64,000 bases of DNA from the human T2T-CHM13v2.0 reference genome, Homo sapiens, in NCBI RefSeq assembly GCF_009914755.1, contig NC_060926.1; one strand, 5' to 3'. Shown piece by piece: positions 56,055 through 64,000 of the stretch (positions are counted from its first letter, which is position 1; each line of letters opens with the position of its first letter). Position numbers and translations under genes: made by a program. The notes beneath the pieces are model-generated. The model did no database searches and was not told the DNA's origin. It worked only from the letters and a program-made list of their open reading frames with translations.

Positions 56055-56204
56055 TTAATTTATTATTATCATTATTTATTTTTTTGGTAGAGAGAAGGTC
56101 TCGCAATGTTGACCAGCCTGGTCTCACACTCCTGGCCTCCAGTGATCCTCCTGCCTCGGCCTCCTGAAGTGCTGGGATTACATGTGTGAGCCACCATGCC
56201 CTGC
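56055..56204 (-). mobile_element. FLAM-C / free left Alu monomer
   Basis: GGTCTCGCAATGTTGACCAGCCTGGTCTCACACTCCTGGCCTCCAGTGATCCTCCTGCCTCGGCC...GAGCCACCATGCCC; single monomer. Confidence 0.85.
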
Positions 56205-58109
56205 AAGATCACTCTATTCTTTGAGTTCTGGAAGTTTGCAGTAAGCATCTTCTATTAACAAAAACTGTAAACAAGGTTTCCAGAATGTGGAAATTAAATT
56301 TACAAACTGAAGCAATTGGATTAATTTAAACAGACCAAAGTCGTGCCATTCAGCAACAAAGCCCTTGTACCTACTTTACGAGCTACCCAAGGCTCTTCTA
56401 TTGACTGCCTATTGCCCAGTGATCTCCTACTCATCTGTTGTAACACACCTCATCTAATACCTTGAAAGTAAAATGAATATATGAAATCTTGCTGTATCCC
56501 AGTTCCAGAATATCCAAAGTAAAAATAATATACATCTTTTTTATAGTAACACAAATGTCAAAGGTTCTGCTGAGTGCAGTAACATAGATCTATACAAAGC
56601 AACTTTCCCAAGAATTAAACAAATATGAGATTGAATTACAAAAAAAAATCTGTAGGCTTATTTTTTTTTAAACCATTTATTTTGCTTAATCTCTAGTGTT
56701 AACAAGTGAACTATGATTAAAAATAATAATAAGTATAAGTTCCATACTAACAGAACTTTCTGCTGTGATACTATAAATACTATAACTCCTTATCTTGTTC
56801 AGGGCTATAAAACTTGGCTTTTGTAGAATTTGTTTGTTTATGGTTTCTGGAATTTAAGAAAGCAATAAAAATTTCTGATTAATCTACCTAAGTATATGAG
56901 TAGAAAGATGTCACGTGGGCCAGTTTAAAACATGCTGTGAATTTCCAGATTCTTCATTTTGAAGCTAACTTAAATAGAAGTTTATGTTGTAATTCACTTA
57001 CCTTTCACAAAGCATGCCTTCATATGGTAAAGGGGGAAAGTGTTCATCAAAGGATTATAAAACATAAAATATTTATTGAAAATTAGTAATTTAACATTTT
57101 CCATTCAAAGTGAGGAATATATATATGTATTGACTCACCTTCTTAGCAATGGAATTCCTAGGCAGGGAGGGGGAAAGATGAAAACTATTTGAATATTGGA
57201 TAAGATTTAAAAATAGTTCTAAATTACAACAAGCTTATTCCTCTAGGGAGATTGTTATTTCTGCTATAGGAAAAGAAAGCATTTTGTTAAATCTTTTCTA
57301 AAAGTTCCTATTCCATTGGGATGTCTCCTAGACAATGGGCTTTCTTGTGTAAGAATTGAATTTCTAGGATGAACTTGAGTGTATCAAGTGGATCAATACA
57401 AGTTTTCTGAATAGCATACAATGTCAGAATTCTCACTTCAGAACTTTTATTGGGTTATGATCTCTTCTTCTTTCCTCATCCCCCTTTAAGAGCATACATT
57501 TTTTGTAAGTTTGAATTAAGAAAAGACTATTGAATCCTTTTACATGAATATTTATGTCAAAACGTCACTTTGAGCATTACATATATACAATTTTATTTGT
57601 CAATTATACCTTAATAAAGCTGGAAAAAGTTTTCTTTAATGTTCTATCTTGCAAACATTATATAAATGTTTGCGTATATGATATATATGTATCATAATAT
57701 AAGTATGATATGAAATATTCATCTGAAAGGATTAAAGCAATTAACAAAAAAGAGACCATATAGTCTATAAACAAATTTTAAAAGAAACACAAATTTTTAA
57801 TGCTGTCTAAGGCCAACACATAAAATACTTGATGTCATCAAATATTGCTATTTGATTCCTTCACAAAATTTAGATGTGGATGTTTTCTTTAATTGTATAC
57901 CATGATATGTACCATAGAAGTATTTAGAATAAAAGATAGTCAATTCAGCCCCTGCTTTTTAACATCATAAAATGTGTTCAATTTAGTAACAATAAAAACT
58001 CAAATATAAATGAGAAATAAAATTGATTTTATTTTATTAAATAATAAATTTTATTTATCTGTAACTTTGCAAGCATTTCTATAATGTTCGAAGACAGAAC
58101 ATTTTAAAC

Positions 58110-61100
58110 ATTTTTTTTCAGCTGTATTAAGGTATAATGACAAATAACATTGTATATATGTAATGCTCAAGGTGATGTTTTGATATAAATATTCATGTGA
58201 AAGGATTAAATTGGGCTAATTAACATATTCAGCACATCACACACATGACATTTTTTGTGGTAAGAACATTTGAGATTTAATCTTTAATCAATAGTAATAC
58301 AATATTATTAACAATAGTGACAATGTAGTTCAATAGACTTCTAGAATGTATTCATCCTAACTAAAACCTTGTACCCTTTAGCCAACATTTCCCCAAATCC
58401 CTCACTTTCCTCTACCCTGTGTCCTGGCAACCACCATTCTACTCGGCTTCTCTCAGATGGATTTTTTAGATACCCCATATACATGAGATAAGGTAGTGTT
58501 TATCTTTCTGTGCCTGGCTTATTTTACTTAACATAATGACCTCTAGGTTCATCCAAATGACAAGATTTCCTTCATTTTAAGGCTGACTAGTATTCCATTG
58601 TGTATATATACCACGTTTTCTTTATTCATTCATCTATTGTTGGACAATTAGGTTGCTTGTATATCAGGGCTATGGTGAATAATGTTTCAATGAACATAGG
58701 AGTGTAGTTATCTCTTTGACATAGTGATTTCATATACTGTGGATATATACCCAGTAGTGGGATTGCTGGATCATATGACAGCTTTATTTATAATTTTTTG
58801 AGGAACTTACATATTGTTTTCCATAATGGCTATGCTGGTTTACATTCTTGCCAACATGGGCATGAGTTCCCTTTTCTCCACATCCTCAACGAAAATTATT
58901 AGCTTTTGTCTTTTTTATAATAGCCATTTTAAAAGGTATAAAGTGATATTTCACTGTGGTTTTTATTTGCATTTCCCTGACGATTAGTAATATGCACATT
59001 TTTTCATATACCTGTTGGCCATTTTGTATCTCTATTCCAGTCCTTTGCTCGTTTTTCAATAGGATTATTTGTTTCCTTGCTATCGAGTTGTTTAATGTAT
59101 ATATTGGATATTAACCTCTTATCAGATGCATTGTTTACAAATATTTTTCCACATTTAATAGACTGTCTCTTCGCTCTGTTGATGATTTCCTTTGCTGTGC
59201 AGAAGCTTTATAGTTTGTTATAATTCTACTTGCCTATTTTTGCTTTTGTTGTGCTTTTGAGGTCATATTCAAAAAGTAATTTCCCAGATCCATGTCATGG
59301 GGCTTTTCCCTTATGTTTTCTTCTAGTACTTTTATAGTTCAGGTCTTATGTTTAAATCTTTAATCAATATTGAGGTGATATTTTTATTTGGTATGAAATA
59401 AAAATCTAATTTTTCTGTATATGGACATCCAGTATTTCCAATACATTTATTGAAGAAACTCTTTTCCCCATTGCGTGCTCTTGGCAGCTTTGTGAAAAAT
59501 CAATTGACCATAAATGTGGATATATTTCAGGCTCTCCATTCTGTTCCATTGGTTTATGTGCCTGTTTTTAGTCCACTATTATGGTGTTTGATTACAATTA
59601 CTTTGTAGAAGAATTTGAAGTTAGATAGTGTGATACCTCTAGCTTTGTTTCCATGACCATCCCCCATACCCCAATATTGCTTTGGCTATTTGAATTCTTT
59701 CATAATACCATAAAACTTTCAGGATTTTATTTTTCTATTTCAGTAAAAAATGTCATTGGCATTTTGATAGGGATTACATTGAATCTGTAGATCACTTGGG
59801 TAGTATGGACATTTTAACAATATTGATTTTTTAAATCCGTGAACACAGGATATCTTTCCATTTATTTGTGCCTTCAATTTCTTTTATCAATATTTTATAA
59901 ATTTCATTGTACAGATCTTTCACCCCTTTTGTTAAATTGATTCCTAAGTTTTTTGGCTGCTTTTTAAATAGCAATTGTAAATGAGTTTTTTTTTTTAATT
60001 TCCTTTTCGGATTTGTCATGGTTAGTGTATAAGAATGCTACTGATTTTTGTATGTTAGTTTTGTATTCTGAACCTTTACTGAATTTATTAGTTCTAATAG
60101 TTTTTTTTTTTTGGTGGAGTCTTTTGGGTTTTCTACATATAAAATTATTTCTTTGCAAATAGGGATAATTTAACTTCTTTTCCAATTTAAATGCCTTTCA
60201 TTTCTTTTTTTTTTTTTTTTTTTTTTTTTTTGCCTAATTGTTCTGGCTAAGATGTCTAGTACTATATTTAATAGAAGTTGTGAAAGTAGACAAACTTGTC
60301 TTGTTCCTGATCTTAGAGAAAAAGCTTTCAATTTGTTTTATTGAGTATCAAGTTAGCTGAAGGATTGTTATATATGGCTTTATGGTGTTGAACTACATTT
60401 CTTCTATACCTAATTTGCTGACAGTTTTTATCATTAAAGGATGTTTAATTTTGCCCAGTGCTTTTTCTGCATCTGTTGAGATGAGCACATGGTTTTTGTT
60501 TTTCATTCTTTAACATGGTGTATCACATTTATTAATTTGCATACATTGAACTATCATTGCACACCAGGACTAAATTCCACTTCATGATGTTGAATGGTCC
60601 ATTTTATTTGTTAGTATTTTGCTGAAGATTTTTACATCTATGTTTTTCAGGGATATTGGCTTGTGATGCTCTTTTCTTGTAGTTTTCTTGTTTGACTTTG
60701 GTATCAGGATAATACTATCTGCATTAAATGGATTTGGAAGTATGCTCTCCTCTTCAATATTTAAAAAAAAAACTTTTTAAAGGATTAATATTTATTTGTT
60801 CCTCTTAAATGTTTGTAGGAATACAGCAGTGAAGCCATAGATCTGGGCTTTTCTTTAATAAGAAACTGTTTTAAACTGATGCGATCTCCTTACTCATTAT
60901 TGGCCTGTCCAGATTTTTTTATTTCTTCATAATTTGGTCTTGGTAAGTTTTATGTTTCTAGGAATTTATTCATTTCTTCTAGGTTATCCAATTTGTTGGT
61001 AAAAAATTATTTATAGTAGTCTTACATAATTATTTGTATTTCTGTGGTATCAGTTGTAATGTTTCCCCTTTTATTCCTGATTTTCTTTCTTTGAGTCTTT

Positions 61101-62870
61101 CTTCTCTGTTTTTCTTAGTCTAGCTAAAGTTTGTTGATTTTGTTTATCTTGTCAAAAAAACACAATTCTTTATTTTGTTGATATTTTCTCTTGGTTTTCT
61201 AGTCTCTATTTCATTGTCTATGCTCTGATACTTACTAATTTCTTTCTTCTATTAACAATAGACTTTGTTACTTTTCTAGTTCATTGTGGTATAACATTAA
61301 GTTATTTAAGATCTTTCTTCTTTTTTGATAGGCACTTGTTTATATAAACTTCTTTTCTAGAACTGCTTTTGCTGCATCCCATAAAATTTGGTATGCTGTA
61401 TTTCCATTTTCGTTTAACTGACACTATTTTTTAAAATTTCTTTTTTGATTTTTTCTTTGACACATTGGTTTTTCAAGAGCATGTTGTGTATATCCACATA
61501 TTTGTCATTTGAACAATGCTATACACTAAAAGGATCTAGAACATTCCATCAAACAGCAACAGAATATACTTTTTTCTCAACCACATTCTTCAGAATAGAT
61601 TATATGTTAGGCTACAAAACAAGTCTTAGCAAATCTAAGAAGACTGAAATTATATCAAGTATCCTTTCCAATCATCACAATTCACATTCTGCCTATGTGT
61701 GTCCTTAAAGCTAAAGAAAGTTCCTCGAGGCAGCATATCGTTAGAAATTGTTTCTTTATCTATTCAGCCACTCTGTGTTGTTTGATTGGAGAATATAATT
61801 TATTTACATTTAAAGTAATTATTGATAGATAAGGACTTACTACAGTTATTTTGTTGTTACCTGTTTCATATGTCCTTTAACTCTTCCTGTCTTGTTTTCT
61901 TCCTTTGTGTTTTGATAATTTTTGTAGTCATATGCTTTAATTCCTTTTTCTTTATCTTTTGCGTATCTATTACAGGTTTTTTCTTTGTGGTTACTGTGAG
62001 GCTTACATAGAGTATCCTATATTTATAACAGTCTATTTTTTAGCTGATAACAACTTAACTTCAACCAAATTTTAAAAAACTACATTTCAACTTCCCTTCT
62101 CCCCACATTTTATGTTACTAATGCCACAACTTACATCCATTACCAAATCTTGAGTGTTCATTACCAAATCATGTAGCTTCACTTTATTCATATACTTTTA
62201 CCTTTTAACTGTCTTGTTAGAATTAAAAATTAGAATATTCTGAATTTCTCTATATTTTTACCTGCACACTGAATTTTATACTTTGGGTCAGGTTTTCATG
62301 TTCTTAGCATCTTTTTATTTCAATTGAAGAAATTTCTTTAGCATTTCTTGTAAGGCAGGACTAGTGGCAATGAACTCCCACAGCTGTTGTATGTCTGGGG
62401 AAGCCCTTATCTTTTCTTAATTTCTGTAGGACAGCCTTGCCAGGTATAATATTCTTGGTTGGCAGTTTTTTTTTATCTTTCAGTACTTTGAACATATCAT
62501 CCTACTGTCTCCTGGCCTACAAGGTTCCTGCTGAGAAATTTACTGATAGTCTTATAAAAATTTCTTTGTATGTGACAAGTTGCTTTTCCTTTCTTATTAC
62601 AAAATTCTCTGTTGAATTTTGAGAAACTGATTATGTCTTGTTAAAGATCTCTTTATATTTAATTCATTTGGGGTTATTTTTTCTTTATGGATCTGAACGT
62701 TCATTTCCCTCTCTCCAGAGATGAAAAGTTTTCTGCCATTATTTATTTAAAAAATATTTATTTGTGCCCATTTATCTTTCTCTGCTCCTTCTGGTACACC
62801 CAAAATGTATATTTTGCTTTGTTAAATGTTCCCAAAATTCTTGTAGAATTTCTCCACTCTTAAAAATACC
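58110..62870 (-). mobile_element. L1MA (L1MA8-like), ~4.7 kb, with an internal inversion
   Basis: 3' end GTATAATGACAAATAACATTGTATATA...GTGAAAGGATTAAATTGGGCTAATTAACATAT. ORF2p remnant [24 protein letters not shown]; the element continues into inter-ORF/ORF1-like sequence. Confidence 0.9.
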
Positions 62871-63039
62871 TTTTATTAATATACATAAATGTGATGTTTT
62901 GTTGGGTAATAATCTGTGATTCAGAAGAATTGGTATCATTTACTAAGCCCCTCCCAGACATTTTGATACCTACTACTATCAAAGCACTTGCTACACATAA
63001 GAAGGTGTAGCAGCTTTCTAGAGACCATTAAATGGAAAA

Positions 63040-63330
63040 ACAAAACATTTTTTCTGCAATAAGAATGTTTTTGAGTTTCTAAGAGCCAAAGATGTGGCAG
63101 AATAGAAGATAGGAACTGTTCCTGTCACTGAAATGTTCACAATCTAGTGGCTAAGTATTCAAATAATCAACAAAATATAATTTCCAGAGTCTCATTAGCC
63201 ATGTTGAAAGAATAAATAGGTCAATATAATAAAGAAGCAATAGAAAAGCATTCTTCATATACAGTTTGTCAGAGAAGACTGCTGTGAGGCAGCAAATATG
63301 CAATTTGTGAACCAAGAGGTAAAAGATGAG
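63040..63330 (-). mobile_element. L2 fragment
   Basis: TTCCTGTCACTGAAATGTTCACAATCTAGTGG and TGTCAGAGAAGACTGCTGTGAGGCAGCAAATATG resemble the reverse L2 3' end. Confidence 0.5.
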
Positions 63331-64000
63331 AAGCCACTTATTAAGTAAGGCCCTGATAATTCACAACCTTACTATTTCTCCCCAGGGATCCAGAGAACAC
63401 TGCCTTATTTTGGGCACCAAAAAATTGTATGTATGAGGAGAAACACTGACATGTTTGAGAAATTTGATGATGGCTATCATTTATCCCCAGTCCAGAGATG
63501 ATAGCAGAAAATGTCACCATCAAATTGGAATATAGAATTTCAGAAGAGTGGAGATCAGATAGAAAAATTTAAACAACAATCAGAGGTAGATAAAAAATCT
63601 TAGAAGACAACAATTGCATAAAGCAATCAGCAGAGTTTGACCTACAGAGATCTATGATGATTACTAATATATCATCGTGTTATGAAGGGAAAGATAGATG
63701 GACAATTAACCAGAATTTGCTTAATAATAATAATAGAAGAGCTGATAAAGAGAAGTCTCACTTTATCAAGTTTCCAAATTTAAGACAGGTCTCAGATTCT
63801 GAGCTCACTAATTAAAAAGAAGTTCGGATTCCCACTGAGGTGATTCTGCAAAGCAAATGCAGGATATAGGGTAAGTACAGCACTATGATGCTTTCCCAAG
63901 GAATCTGAGCCTATTTACAAGTGTAGCCATGCGCTATAGAAAAGGGGATATCTAGTCTTTTAAGGACTGTTAGATGTGGGATCTGAGATGAAATTAATAC

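Noticed and set aside
63345-63545. Possible DNA-transposon fragment interrupting L2
   Set aside because: Composition change noticed, but I could not identify paired TIRs or a family with confidence.

Overview
AT-rich, gene-poor primate (human-like) genomic DNA. It carries eleven full-length Alu elements plus a FLAM monomer, L1PA/L1PB/L1MA/L1MC/L1M fragments, MaLR and ERVL LTRs, MER30, MIR and L2. No intact protein-coding gene is visible, and nearly all ORF-track entries are repeat-derived or spurious. The main feature is a full-length processed pseudogene of PABPC1 (35224-38256, + strand). It runs from the 5'TOP cap site to the poly(A) signal, is flanked by a target-site duplication and has an AluS inserted in its 3'UTR. 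Although old, it keeps a dense CpG island that appears to have gained CpGs, and it still has a 269-codon ATG-started ORF. Other notable structures are a gap-free 91-bp-arm foldback at 13.2 kb, a multi-template-switch scar at 45.9-47.0 kb, an inverted endonuclease segment inside an L1MA, a perfect 44-bp palindrome, a candidate MIR-derived exon and a candidate CCAAT/TATA/Inr promoter. Family names come from recalled consensus sequences and all counts are by hand; no searches were run.
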